Shown here in pieces: positions 36,601 through 48,968 of a DNA stretch of 64,000 nt. Made by a program: the position numbers and the translations under genes. The notes under the pieces are model-generated. The model saw only the letters and a program-made list of their open reading frames with translations, made no database searches and was not told the DNA's origin. The DNA is taken from assembly GCA_043228905.1 (NCBI GenBank), contig JBHGNT010000008.1, positions 20,956,001-21,020,000 of the forward strand. Reading direction: 5' to 3'. Position 1 is the first letter of the stretch. The number at the start of each line of letters is the position of its first letter. This DNA comes from Azolla caroliniana (lineage: Eukaryota > Plantae > Polypodiophyta).

Positions 36601-38381
36601 TCATAGATCTGCCGGTCTCGCAGGGGTTCGATGCTATCTTAACCGTTGTCGATCGATATACGAAGATGGGACATTTTGTTCCATGTACTAAGGCCATCCC
36701 TAGCGAGAAAACCGCCGCCCTAGTCATGCGTGAGGTATTTCGGCATCATGGCCTCCCAGACAGTATCATCAGTGACCGAGGACCGCAATTGGTCTCCAAA
36801 TTTTGGCAGCATCTCTTCAAGATGCTCAAGGTCTCTTGCAACCTCTCCTCCGGCTACCATCCTCAGACCGATGGGCAGACGGAACGAACAAACCAAACGC
36901 TGGAGCAATATCTCCAGTGTTTCCTGAGTTATCAGCAGAACGATTGGGCCGAGATTCTCCACTTTGCGGAGTTTGCGTATAATAATGTTGTTCACTCCTC
37001 GACTCGAGTCTCCCCATTCTACGCTTATACCGGTTCTCATCCTCGTTGGTCGGTGATCGACACCCCGGAATTACCTACCAATCCTCGTGGCGGGGATCAT
37101 TTGGAGAGACTACGCAAGATCCAGACAAATCTCTCGACTCATCTTCGTCATGCTCAACAGACACAGAAGACTTACGCGGATCGTCATCGGCTTCCCTCCT
37201 CTTTTGCCATCGGAGATCGAGTATGGCTCTTACGTTGTCGTAGTGTATTCCACACACTACGTGAAAACCATAAAATAATATATCCGATTTTAGATACATA
37301 TAAATAAATAAATAATATATCAAAACATTTATCACGTGTATAGGGCAGGGTTCAAACCCTACACCTCCACGTAGATAAACCCCAACTTTACCATTGTAAT
37401 AACTTATCTTTAGTGTTATACATATAGATTTAATACATATAAGACCTTTATTTACACATACCTTTATTAAAAGGTAAAAATCATGTATTCTTTAGGGTGT
37501 GAATATTTTATTTACACGTGACATTAAAAGTGACTCATGCACATCTAGCGTGCATGAGCCCTATACTTAGGAAATGACAAAGCATCACATGCACATTTAG
37601 TGTGCATGGACACAGTTGGTGAAAAAGCATGAAGCCATGCTTAGCCTCTTCCATCTTTATATAAGGAGGAGAGAAATATGTATAAGGTTGTTGATTAATA
37701 TACAAGGATTGATCAATCTAAAATATTCGTGGGATTCACGAATTTTGCCATCTAAATTACTCTTATACTCTAAATATTGTTTTAAATACACTAAACTCGT
37801 GGGATTCACGAGATTGTTATCTTACTTCTCTTTCCACTATTCATAACTAGCCTTAAGTTGTATTCCTCTTCCTCCTAGTCAAAAACCTCGGCGGTTCCCA
37901 CCCGACTCACGCAACGATCCGGAGCCGAAAGGCACGACAACGTCGTCACATCAAGACTACTCGACCGTGCGACAAATTAGATTATCGACGACTCGGTCCT
38001 TTCCGTATTACGGGTAAGGTTAATGATGTCACATTCTGCCTTGATCTCCCTCCGCAGCTTCAGAGACATCCAGTTTTCCATTGTTCTCTTCTTGAATCTT
38101 ATAAAGCCAACACCATTCCCGATCGTGTTACACCACCGCCGCCCCCACTCGAGTTGGACGCCGGCCCGGAGTATGAAGTTTTTGCCATCCTCGATTCCAA
38201 ACTTATTCGCAACAAACTTTATTATTTGGTCGATTGGCTTGGTTATAGTCCGAGCGAACGCACTTGCGAACTTGTCGAGCATGTTGTCAATGCTCAGGAT
38301 CTGCTTGCTGATTTTCAGCAAAAGTATCCAGACAAACCCGGTCCGCAATCAACACCGACTCGTTCCACTCGTCGTCTTTAA
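33638..38381 (+). pseudogene. pol: Chromovirus B gag-pol, disrupted
   Basis: Same motifs as A; integrase ORF 35973-37235; chromodomain 38154-38381. Confidence 0.93.
37236..37939 (+). mobile_element. 704-bp solo LTR-like insertion, copy 2
   Basis: 4-bp TSD ACGT; interrupts the integrase C-terminus, which is uninterrupted in A. Confidence 0.88.
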
Positions 38382-38840
38382 GGGGGAGATAGTGTCATGA
38401 TATGGCAAGACTCGAACCCATGACCTTATGGTATATGGGTCGAGCTCTTAACCATCACACCATCTATTGTAATTCATAGGATATTATTTTCATTTATGTT
38501 TTATTATAAGAAAGTAATGTATATTCCAGATTTCTCTGGAACATTCTAGAACTTTCAGGATTACTCCTGACAACACTATAAAAGAAGGCACTAGACATTA
38601 TGTTGAACCAAATTGGTTCAACGCCAGTCTTAAGCCTCTTAGCCGCTTTGTACTTATCTTTTCACATAATATATTAGTTGTTGTCATCATCTTTCTCTCT
38701 CTCTCATCCTCGCTATCTCTCTCTCCTCTTCTCACTTCCTCTCTCGGGAATCTCACGCAGTCCCGTCTTCTTAGTACTAATAGTACTTCTCTTAATGATA
38801 CTAATTCCATCTCTGCTTTAGTACTATTCCTGACAACCAT

Positions 38841-41800
38841 ATGACTAGACATGCAAACTGGTTTGAAAGGTTAAGAGAACCAGAGATTCCTGGCTATGTA
38901 CAGACGGGTGATAATAGTACTCACCAAATAGAACATGTTGGAGATATCCCATTGTGGGAAGAAAAAGGAAAGACTAAGTATATGTTGAATGTAATGCATG
39001 TTCCAAATCTTGCTAAGAATCTAATTTCTGTTGGACAGATAGTAGAGCAAGGTATGCAAGTAATGTTTAAGCAAAGTGGATGCTATATAGAAAAGAATGG
39101 GAAGCTCATTGCAAAAGGAAAACGACAAGGAAGAATGTTTATTCTGGATGTTGACATGCCTAGACAGATTTCAGCTATGTTTGCAAATGGAATGAGTGTA
39201 GTCTCAGATGTGGAAATGTGGCATAAAAGGATTGGCCACATAAGTATGCAAACCCTAATGAATATGTTGAGAAAAGATGCAGTGGCTGGACTGCCAAAAC
39301 TGAAAAATTGTGAAATGGGAAAGATATGTGAAGCATGTCAATATGGAAAGCAAAATAGGTTGCCATTCCCTCATGAAAGACATGTAAGTAAAAATTTGTT
39401 GGATTTGGTACATACGGATGTATGGGGACCAACTAAGAATGCATCTATCGGTGGCTGCAGATTCTATGTAACTTTTATTGATGATTGCTCAAGGAAAACA
39501 TGGGTGTACTTCATGAAAGAGAAAAGTGAAGTGTTTGAATGTTTTCATAAGTTTAAATGCATGGTAGAAAAGCAGGCAGGTACAAGAATAAAATGTTTAA
39601 GATCTGATGGAGGAGGAGAGTATTTCTCCAATGAATTTTTTGATTTTCTATGCAATCAGGGAATAAGGAGACAGTTCACATGTAGATATACTCCACAGCA
39701 AAATGGAGTTGCTGAGAGGAAAAACAGAACATTGGTGAACATTGCAAGGGCTTTGATGACAGAGAAGAATATGTCATTGTACTATTGGGCAGAAGTTGTA
39801 AATACAGCAAATTATATTCTAAATAGATGTATAACATCGGGAGTACATGAAGCAACTCCTGAAGAGTGTTTCTATGGAAGGAAACCTAGTTTAGAACACT
39901 TAAAAGTGTTTGGATGCCTTGCATATGTACATGTGCTTGCAGAAGTAAGAAGTAAGCTGGATCCAAAAGCAGAAAAATGTATTTTTGTTGGCTATTCAGA
40001 AGAACAAAAAGGGTATAGATGCTATAACCCTGTAAAAAAGAAGATTGTGACAAGTAGGGATGTAATCTTTGATGAATTAGCCAACTGGTACAGTCCAAAA
40101 CAGAATCCAGAGACTGATGAAGACAATGAGATTGAAGATAGAGACAAATCTGAAAATGTAGAATACTGCCACAAAGATGGAAACAAGGTTGGACAACAAA
40201 GTCCAACATCAACAAAATGTTCTGGACCATCAAAAAGCTCAAATGGTAAATCTGATTCAAATTCTTGGAGTGGAAAAAGTGGAGGACACAAAAAATGTGA
40301 TGATAAAAAAGGAAAACAGAAAATGCCAGAGTATGAAATGTTGGATGACTTGTCTAAAAACATGGAAGATGAGGATTCAGATATGTCATTGGATGATCTT
40401 CTTGGTATAAGAGGATTGAAAATCCCTGGTATGGAAAAAGCATTGAAGGATGAAAATCAGAAACTAAGAAGATCAGATAGAGAGAAAAAAACTGTTGAAA
40501 GATTTGGTTATGATACATATATGGCTATGCATTATGCATATATGTCTAAGGTGGTACAAATCCCTAATCCAAGTAGTTTTGATGAGGCTAAAACTGAGAA
40601 GAAATGGGTGGATGCAATGCAAGAAGAGATTGATGCATTGGCTGAAAACAGAACATGGGATTTAGTGAAGTTACCAAAAGGAAAAAATGTGGTAGGTTGC
40701 AAATGGGTCTACAAGACAAAGCATGATTCCAGTGGGAATGTAAGTGGACATAAAGCAAGATTTGTTGCAAAGGGATATGCCCAAATGCAAGGAATTGATT
40801 ACGATGAGACATTTGCACCGATTGCAAAGATGGCAACATTGAGGACATTACTGGCTGTAGATGCAACCAAAAGATGGTTTCTTCATCATATGGATGTAAA
40901 AAATGCCTTTTTACATGGTAACTTGGAAGAAGAAGTGTATATGTATCAACCACTAGGTTTTGAAGATAGGAAGCATCCAGATTATGTATGTAAGCTAAAA
41001 AAGGCTCTCTATGGACTGAAACAGGCACCAAGAGCATGGCACAGAGAACTTTCAAATTATCTGAAAAAACTTAACTTCAAAATGTCAAAGGTTGATTCAT
41101 CATTGTATGTTAAAAGGAAAGATGATTGTATTGTTGTGATTCTGATTTATGTTGATGATCTCATCATTGGAGGTGATTCCATGGATGAAATAAGCTGAAA
41201 ATAAATTTGGAAATGCAGTTTCATATGAAAGATTTGGGAGATCTGAGATATTTTTTGGGTATTGAAATCATCATATCTGAAAGTGGTATATATGTGTTGC
41301 AAAGAAATATGCAACAACTATGTTGAAAAAGTATGGTATGCTTGGATGCAAACCTATTGGAGTACCACTAGATAAAAACTGCAAATTGAGGGCTGATTTG
41401 GGAGCCAAAATAGAGGATGTAAACATGTACAGGTCTATGATGGGCAGCCTTATTTATTTGACCATAACAAGACCTGATTTGAGTTATGTAGTTGGATTAG
41501 TCAGCCAATTTATGCAACAACCAACAAAGCCACATTTGAACTGCATTAGAAGAATTATGAGGTATGTAAAAGCTACTCAGAACTATGGATTGTTTTACAG
41601 GGCTGATTTGGACATAGATCTGGAAGGAAATACAGATGTTGATTGGGCTGGAAGCCAAATAGATAGAAGATCCACAAGTGGATATATGTTTACATTGGGA
41701 AGTGCAGGTATTTCATGGAGTAGCAAGAAACAAGCTATTGTTGCATTGTCTAGTACTGAAGCTGAGTACAGAGGAACCGCCATAGCCACTTGTGAAGAGG

Positions 41801-42144
41801 TCTGGATCAGAAGATTGCTTGTTGATTTGGGAGAGTATATAGATGGTACTGTCACAATTTGGTGTGACAATATGAGCAGCATTCAGCATGCAAAAAACCC
41901 AATGTTCCATGCAAGAACAAAGCACATTGAAGTGCATTATCACTTTGTTAGAGAAAAAGTGATTGAAGGAGAAGTTGATCTAGTGTATGTGAATACAAAT
42001 CAGCAGGTTGTTGATATTCTCACAAAGGGATTGAGTGTGGAAAAGCATACAGAGTTTCGGAACATGATGGGAGTTGTAGACACTGATATGATGGCTGAAA
42101 AGCATCATGGAAAAGAAGTTGTAGATAACCCCAAGAAAGGGTAA
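38841..42144 (+). pseudogene. pol: Copia C pol: protease end, integrase, RT, RNase H
   Basis: ORFs 38841-41198 and 41320-42144: WHKRIGH, LVHTDVWGP, RSDGGGEY, IYVDDL, ARTKHIEVHYHF. Confidence 0.95.
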
Positions 42145-42341
42145 GTTGAGCTTGAGGGGGAGTGTTGAGAAGCAAGCTCAACATGGTATGTGATGCTTAT
42201 TGGGAAATAAGCTATAGTAGTTATTTAGCTACTTGTGAACATAAAGGAGAAACAGCTAATTAGCTACTGACAGCTATTTAGCGACTGACAACTAATTAGC
42301 TACAGGCAGCTAATTAGCTGCATATGTAAGTAACTTATTAC

Positions 42342-43096
42342 TGTTGGGAGACAGGTCCCTCCGGATGGGAAGGGAGAAGAACAGTGTCGACGAACAGGCC
42401 GAGGCCGAAACCGGAAGAGGAGTACCCGGCTACGGAGAGCCGGATGGTGCAGACCCGGTGTGAACCGGATGAAGAGTACCCGGCTACGGAGAGCCGGATG
42501 GTGCAGACCCGGTGTGAACCGGATGAAGAGTACCCGGCTACGGAGAGCCGGATGGTACAAACCCAGTATGAACCGGATGAAGAGTACCCGGCTACAGAGA
42601 GTCGGATGGTACAGACCCGGTATGAACCGGATGAAGAGGCATATTAGTAAATATGTTTCTGATAGTCCATTGCGGCTACATTTGTAAATAGCCGAAAAGT
42701 CATATTAGTATAAATATGACTTAGGGCAAACTTTTAGAAATAGTTGTTGTCATTCTTGTTGGTGCAAGAATAGAGAGTGTGCGTAACTGTACAGAGAGAG
42801 AGAGAGAGAGAGAGAAAGAAAGAGGTCATTGCCTCTGTTGTAACCGCCGCCTGTGGCGAAGATCTGTGAGCACGAGGTCGGTGCCTCAGTGAACTCAATG
42901 TTGTACATTTCATCATAGTGATAGTTTGCAGCCTGTGGGCTGCCGTGGTTTTTCCCCTAGTTTGGGGTTTTCCACGTAAACCTCCTGTGTACCTTGTCTC
43001 TTCTTTGTGTCGCGTTTTATTTCCCGTTTTTTGTGTATCATTCTAAGCTCGGTTGTGGCCGAGCGTTGCGCATAAGGAACGTTGTAGTTCCCATCA
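42342..43096 (+). mobile_element. Solo LTR of a Tork-like Copia inserted in the 3' LTR of C
   Basis: TGTTGGG...CCCATCA; perfect TSD ATTAC; U5 motif CCGTGGTTTTT...GGGTTTTCCACG; start resembles the E LTR. Confidence 0.9.
42417..42640 (+). repeat. 54-bp tandem repeat, about 4 copies, in U3 of the solo LTR
   Basis: Unit GAAGAGTACCCGGCTACGGAGAGCCGGATGGTGCAGACCCGGTGTGAACCGGAT at 42471, 42525, 42579. Confidence 0.95.
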
Positions 43097-43824
43097 ATTA
43101 CTTAGGTAAAAAGTAAGAGAGTAGGTAAATAAGAAATATACAGGAAGTAGAACTCTAAGAGAGAGAGTGAGGATAGAGAGGAAGAACTTAGAGAGTGAGA
43201 GTAGAAGAGAGAAACAGACAAGAGCAAGTAAAGCTCTGCGTGTAATGAAATAGAAGAAGTTTTGGCTGCTACAGAGGTAAGTCTCCTTCCCCCTTCCCTT
43301 CTGTGTTTGAGCACCAAAACGATCCAGCACACCACGATCCATCGCGCACATAAAGAAGAGCCCGAGTGCCTTCTTCACATTTTTTTAACATCAAGAAGGA
43401 TGCATTTGCATGACTAAGAGTACCTGACTAAAGAATCCTTGGAATTGTGAGCGCGTTCCATCGAATTTCACAGGAAGACCAATCTTGGGCTCTTTATGAA
43501 GTCCTTGGGGACTTGATCCTTGTTGTTGTAACGCTACGATGGTTGCTTCGAGTTGTTGTACGCGTAACGCTAACTCCCCATGTTTGTTGTTGCAACTCCC
43601 CATGGTGTTGCTGCATTTGCTATATTTCTAAAGCAATTTGTTGAAGATCCCCTAACAATCGTTGGTTTTCCTATTCCAATGCAACGAATTTTTCTTTTAG
43701 ACACTATAGCTCAGAAAAAACGGATTGATATTCCTGGGCGCTAACAGTAGCCATAGTATTGGAAAAAGGGGTAAGAGGATTAGGGAAACCGAAAAGAAGA
43801 CCAGAGGGAAATTTTGGTTCAAAC

Positions 43825-44192
43825 TGTCAGGAATAGTACTAAAACAGAGAGAGAATTAGTACTAGAGAAGGGAAGTACTATGACTACTAAGAGTACTGAC
43901 TGCGTAAGACTCACGAGAGAGAGAGAGGGTGATGATAACAAATGATATATTATGTGAAGAGTAAGTACAATATAGCTATGAGGCTTAAGACTGGCATTGA
44001 ACCAATTTGGTTCGAAATAATGCCTTGTGCCTCTTTTTATAGTGTTCTCAGGAATAGTCCTGAAGCTTCTAGAATGTTCTACAGAAATCTGGAATATACA
44101 AGAATTTTCGTATTACAATAGATAATGTAATGGTCAAGATCTCGACCCATATAACATAAGGTTATGGGTTCGAGTCTTGCCATATCATGACA
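43825..44192 (-). repeat. 5' LTR of D
   Basis: Homologous to the A and B LTRs; self-priming PBS GTTTGAACCAAAAT at 43811-43824. Confidence 0.9.
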
Positions 44193-44469
44193 GTAGTCAT
44201 GTTGTTGTTTAGATAATTGTGTATAGATAGAGAGCGAGATACTCTGTTGTAATCGCCGGTTGGCAAAGATACAAAGCTCGAGGTTGTTGCCTCCAAGTCT
44301 CTATTTGTACCTTTCCTATATAGTGATAGTTTGGAGTCCGTGGGCTCCCCTGGTTTTCCATGTAAACACTTTGTGTATCCTCTATCGTTCTCTGTGTGTG
44401 TAAGTGCGCTCACTCCCAACTTCCCATTTTTGTGTTTGATTTCCATCCAACTAATTCAAGACTCGATTG

Positions 44470-45183
44470 TGGCTTAGCAATATTCCGCTATTTTCTTCAC
44501 AATTTTACTGATCACATTCACCCCGGAGCCGCTGTTGACAATGCAACCTGTGATTTCCTGCCCTTGCAGCACCACCTTGATGGCTGGGTTGTGGTGATCT
44601 GCCACCGCTGGGCCGGTGCTAGACTCTGTATAGTTGGCCGAAATCTCTAGCCCCGCATCCGGTTTTCCACGATCTGTCGAAATCGAGGGACGAGTCATAG
44701 TAATATATCCATGGTCAACGTAATTTCGCACTCAGCCAGGGCTTGCCATATCGGGTCTGGCTTTAGAGACCTACCTTCCATATGTGTGGCAGTGAAGCCA
44801 GAATCTTGCCACATGCTTTCCAAATTGGCTTCATTCGCCTTCTCTACCTAAGCCGGTGCAGCTTTGTGGATCTCCTCTTGCTCCGCCCAGTCCGTGTTTT
44901 TCGCCTTACTGCGTGTTGTGACCCGTTGGACATCAGTCGGCGATCGTATTCACTTCTGGCCCTTTCCCTTTATCGCGTTTTGGGCACTGAGTTGCATAAT
45001 GATTTGGTTGTTGGCAAACAAAACAGTGAACGTTGGACTCACCTTTTTCAACGATCGGTGTTGTAGTGATCTCCACGGGTGCTTGACGGAGCACTGCCTG
45101 TCCACCGCGATTGTTGGTGGTACGCCAGTTATCATAGCGCCGCCCCCTCCGCGGGTTGTAACGATCGTTGTTCGGATACTCCT
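44470..45183 (-). pseudogene. gag: gag/protease fragment of a K-related Gypsy
   Basis: CFVCQQPNHYATQC; HNPAIKVVLQGQEITGCIVNSGSGVNVIS. Confidence 0.8.
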
Positions 45184-46534
45184 TGTAAGGAACAGTACTA
45201 AGAGATGTGAATTAGTACTAAGAGAGAGAAAAGGATGTAGAACTCACAAGAGAAGGAGAGAGAGAGAGAGAGGGAGAATGATGATAACAAAAGATATATT
45301 ATATTATATGAAGAGTGAGGCTTAAGACTGACGTTGAACCTATTTGGTTTGAAATAATGCTTTGTGCCTCCTTTTATAGTGTTCTCAAAAGTACTCCTAA
45401 AGTTTCTAGAATGTTCCAGAGAAATCTGGAATATACATCAATTTTTTATAGTAAAACTTAAATGAAAATAATATTCCTTGTATTACAATACATGGCCTAA
45501 TGGTAAGAGTTCGACCCATGTAATATAAGGTCATGGGTTCAAGTCTTGCCATATTATGACACTATCCCCCTTTTAAAACGATGAGTGTCACGAGTCGTTT
45601 TGGATTGAGGACCCAATTTTTCTGGATATTGATGATGAAAGTCTTCAAGAAGAGCACGAGCATTGGTCACATTCTCTGTTGGTTCCCAAGTACGCTCGTT
45701 GGAACTATATCCTAGCCAATCGACTAAATAATAGAGCTTGTTGCAAACAATCTTGGAATCGAGGATGGCGGCAACCTCGTACTCAAGTTCATCTTCAAGT
45801 TCGATCGGGGGTGGAGGTTGTTTAATACGACCTAGGATGGTGTTGTCTTGATAGGGTCCGAGAAGAGAACTGTGAAACACCGGATGTATCTGAAGTTGCG
45901 GAGGTAGATCGAGACAAAAAGCGACATCATTAATTTCTCCGATAATACGGAAAGGACCTAATCGCCGATATTCCAACTTCTCGCATGGGCGAGTAGTCTT
46001 GATGTGTCATCGTAGTAGCCATACCCGATCGCCAATGTTAAAACTGGATGGAAGGCGATGACGATCTGCGTAAACCGTGTGTGTGTTCGTTGAGCGTGCT
46101 TTAGATGAATAGATAAATCCGCTTGTATCTTGTGTAACCGCTCCAAACGATCCTCTGCGCAAGGATTTGTGGGTAACTTTGGAGTTTCAAATACACACCA
46201 CCGGGGGTGACAACCTGTTGTTGGGGTGGGGAGTGAAACCTAGAATGGTTTCACCCCCCTCCCAAGGGGGTAAGTTAGAGAGAGAGCAAGAGAGAAAGAT
46301 AAATAGGAAATGACGCCAAATGAAAGGGGAAAAAACTATTTCTCATTACATGACCTATAAGGGTTTTATATAATACATAATGTCACAGTAAATAATATGT
46401 CCGTTACAAAAAGAGACCGTTACATTCTTGTCACACATACTCATCCTCACACTCATATACATTACACATACCAAACAACCCCTTTAACGTGTTTTACCCT
46501 TATACCGCCCCGTACAACTCCTATGGGTAACACA

Positions 46535-46574
46535 TGGCACGCCTATGGGACAGTGCATCGCATGGTGAACCCAC
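46535..46574 (-). other. tRNA-Arg 3'-end-like motif at the PPT position of I
   Basis: Minus strand reads GTGGGTTCACCATGCGATGCACTGTCCCATAGGCGTGCCA-TG-LTR. Confidence 0.8.
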
Positions 46575-48672
46575 TCGCCATGGCAACTATCAACAACCGG
46601 AACTCCATCAGTCGTCTCAACGGTCGGAAATCTATCGACCGGATCATAGCTCTACGATCGATAACTTCGATCGGACCATTGCTTGACTCGAACCTTCTCG
46701 TTCGGTCAGCATGTCGCTCAATTGGATCACACACCAATTGGCTCCTCCATTGCGGCATGGGCCTTTCATGATTCTGTTACATGTATGTGTATTTTTCAGT
46801 TTCGTCATGTGAATTGAGCTTTGTATTTTGTACCCTTGGTCTCTAAAAATTTTACTCTCAAGTTTTTTTTTTTTTTTTCAAATTTTATTTTTGGCCCTTA
46901 AGTTTTCGAAATTCTGCATTCTGCCCTCCACTTTTTGAAATCTCACGTCATGCCCTTGAGCTTTTGAAATTTCATCTTCTCTGCCCTTATGTTTCTGAAA
47001 TTTTCTCTTCATACCCCTCTTCTCTTTCTTTGTTTCCTTCTGTCTCCTCTTTTTCTTCTTTCTTTTCTTCTTCTGCATTCTTCTCTTCTTCTGCTTTCTG
47101 TTTTCATCTCTGTCTGTGTCTTCGTGGCCGTCACTCGGCCCTTCTCTTGGTCACGCGTCTCGGCCATACTCTCGAGCGCACATCTCGGCCATCCTCTCGG
47201 CCGTATTTTCAACCGCGCCTCTCGGTCGCAGGTCTCGTCTTGGCCATACTCTTGGCCGCGGGTCCTGGCCTTACTCTCGACTGCACGTCTCGGCCGTCTT
47301 CTCGGCCATGCGTCTCGGTCGTGCCTCTCTTGGCCGTACTCTCGGCCACGCATATTTGTCGTACTCTTGGCCACACTTCTCGGCCGTGCATCTCGGCTAT
47401 CTTCTCGGCAGTGCTCTCGGCCATTCGTCGCCGCCACTCAGCCGTTGTTCGGGCAATTGCCATTGTTCGACCACCACTCGGCTGCTGTCGGACACTGTCT
47501 GGGAAATCCCCGCCGCCATTCGGCCCTTGTTCTATAATCGCCTTTGTTTGATTGCCACCACTCTGGCCATTGTTCAGCCATTCCGGCAAGTCTCCGTGGA
47601 CTGTCTCTCCGTGGACTGTCTCTGTTGTCGTGTGGACTGTCTCTGTTGTCGTCCGCAGGCTGTTGCCGTTCATCGGTCATCGTTGGTGGCGGTTGTCGGC
47701 CAATTTCTCTATTCGTCGTCGCTGTCACCGTCAGCTTCTTCGCCGTTCGCCGGTCGTTTCTATCTGGCCACCGTTGTCTCTGTCGGCTGCCTGCCCACTG
47801 GCCTACTCTATACCGGCTGGTCGATTGTCCCCCGAGCACAACTCATCGACCTCTTCCTAGAAAATATTGTGGCCATGGAAGATTCTTCTTGCCTTTGCAT
47901 TGGTTGTTGCCTCATCTTCTGATTATGAAGAGCACCTTGAGGCTTCATTGGAATGCTCCTCTCACAAGATACTGGCCTCTACTTCTCGTAATGACTAACC
48001 AAGTAAGATGATTTGGTGCCTGATGTGGTGGTCGGGGATGCGCTGCACTGACCATATGTTGTTGGTGATTGTGTCTAGATCTTTCTTGTGGCAAGAGCGT
48101 ACTGTTCCTCTCATCTCACCAACTCTTCTTGGCAATATCTGAGTTTCTTGAGAATCCCATTGACAGTATTCCCTTTCTTCACGAGAAATTCATGGTCCCA
48201 TGTCTTCATACGCTGATGATTTTCAATATGACATCTCTCCATCTCCTAAGGGTTGTGTAATAGAACTTGAAACCAGTTCTCTACAAGAATTTTGGGTGCT
48301 TCTTTCGTCAGTCCCTTCAGCTTCTCCTCAGCTAGATCACAAATCTTTCTTTGAGAGTCAAGTCTTGCAACCAGAGCAGTACATGCATCTTGGTTTATAC
48401 TTGCATGTTCCGTGTATGCTAAACATTGTTGCATAGTGTCTCTAATCGTCTTCTCAAGGCATACTCCATATTGAGACTGTGATTCCAACCATTTCTTTTG
48501 CTTGTCAAGCTTCATAGGCAGTGTTGAGATCTCCATTGTTGACTGGCTCCCACACAGACAATACACGCACAAAACCACACTCTTTTAACACAAAGATTGG
48601 CAGACACAGAGAGAGGGAAAGAGAGAGAGATTAGTGATAGAGAGGGGGAGTGTATCCTACAACAAGAAGACA

Positions 48673-48726
<54 letters not shown>

Positions 48727-48950
48727 CTCTCAATCACACGCTTATCACTGTTACCATGGTCAGTTGTTGTGGACTTTCCCGCATCACCCATGGCCAAAAG
48801 CAACATCTCTTATATGTATCTTCTCCTTCCCCATTACTGCAAATACCAAGAAATAGTAGAACAAGGTAGATGGAGAGAGACACACACACACATATTCAGA
48901 AACGGAGAGACGCACTGAGGGAGGGAGTGACTTCCTCTCAAAGGAGGGTC

Positions 48951-48968
48951 GTCCCACCCGGCGTGCCA
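48951..48968 (-). promoter_or_regulatory. PBS complementary to tRNA-Arg(UCU), element I
   Basis: TGGCACGCCGGGTGGGAC, 3 nt from the 5' LTR; matches the recalled plant Arg-type PBS TGGCACGCCCGGTGGGAC. Confidence 0.85.

Larger units (their letters stand above)
33119..38835 (+). mobile_element. Tcn1-like chromovirus B inserted in the protease of C
   Basis: 443-bp LTRs 33119-33561 and 38393-38835; TSD ACCAG/ACCAT; PPT before 38393; about 0.7 kb of PR-RT deleted near 35088. Confidence 0.95.
31490..43390 (+). mobile_element. Full-length Copia C
   Basis: LTRs 31490-31939 and 42163-43390 (with insert); perfect TSD TCAAG; PBS TGGTATCAGAGC at 31940; PPT at 42154-42162. Confidence 0.95.
27204..44192 (-). 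mobile_element. Tcn1-like chromovirus D, host of C; 3' LTR, PPT and chromodomain partly deleted
   Basis: Perfect TSD GTAGT; 5' LTR 43825-44192; partial 3' LTR 27204-~27500; gag split at 31489/43391. Confidence 0.9.

Noticed and set aside
42417-42640. CRISPR-like array
   Set aside because: Units are contiguous near-identical tandem copies with no unique spacers, inside a eukaryotic LTR.
46964-48011. Long overlapping ORFs in element I (and 2805-3892 in L)
   Set aside because: They arise from stop-poor GC-rich short repeats, are open in many frames and show no domain.
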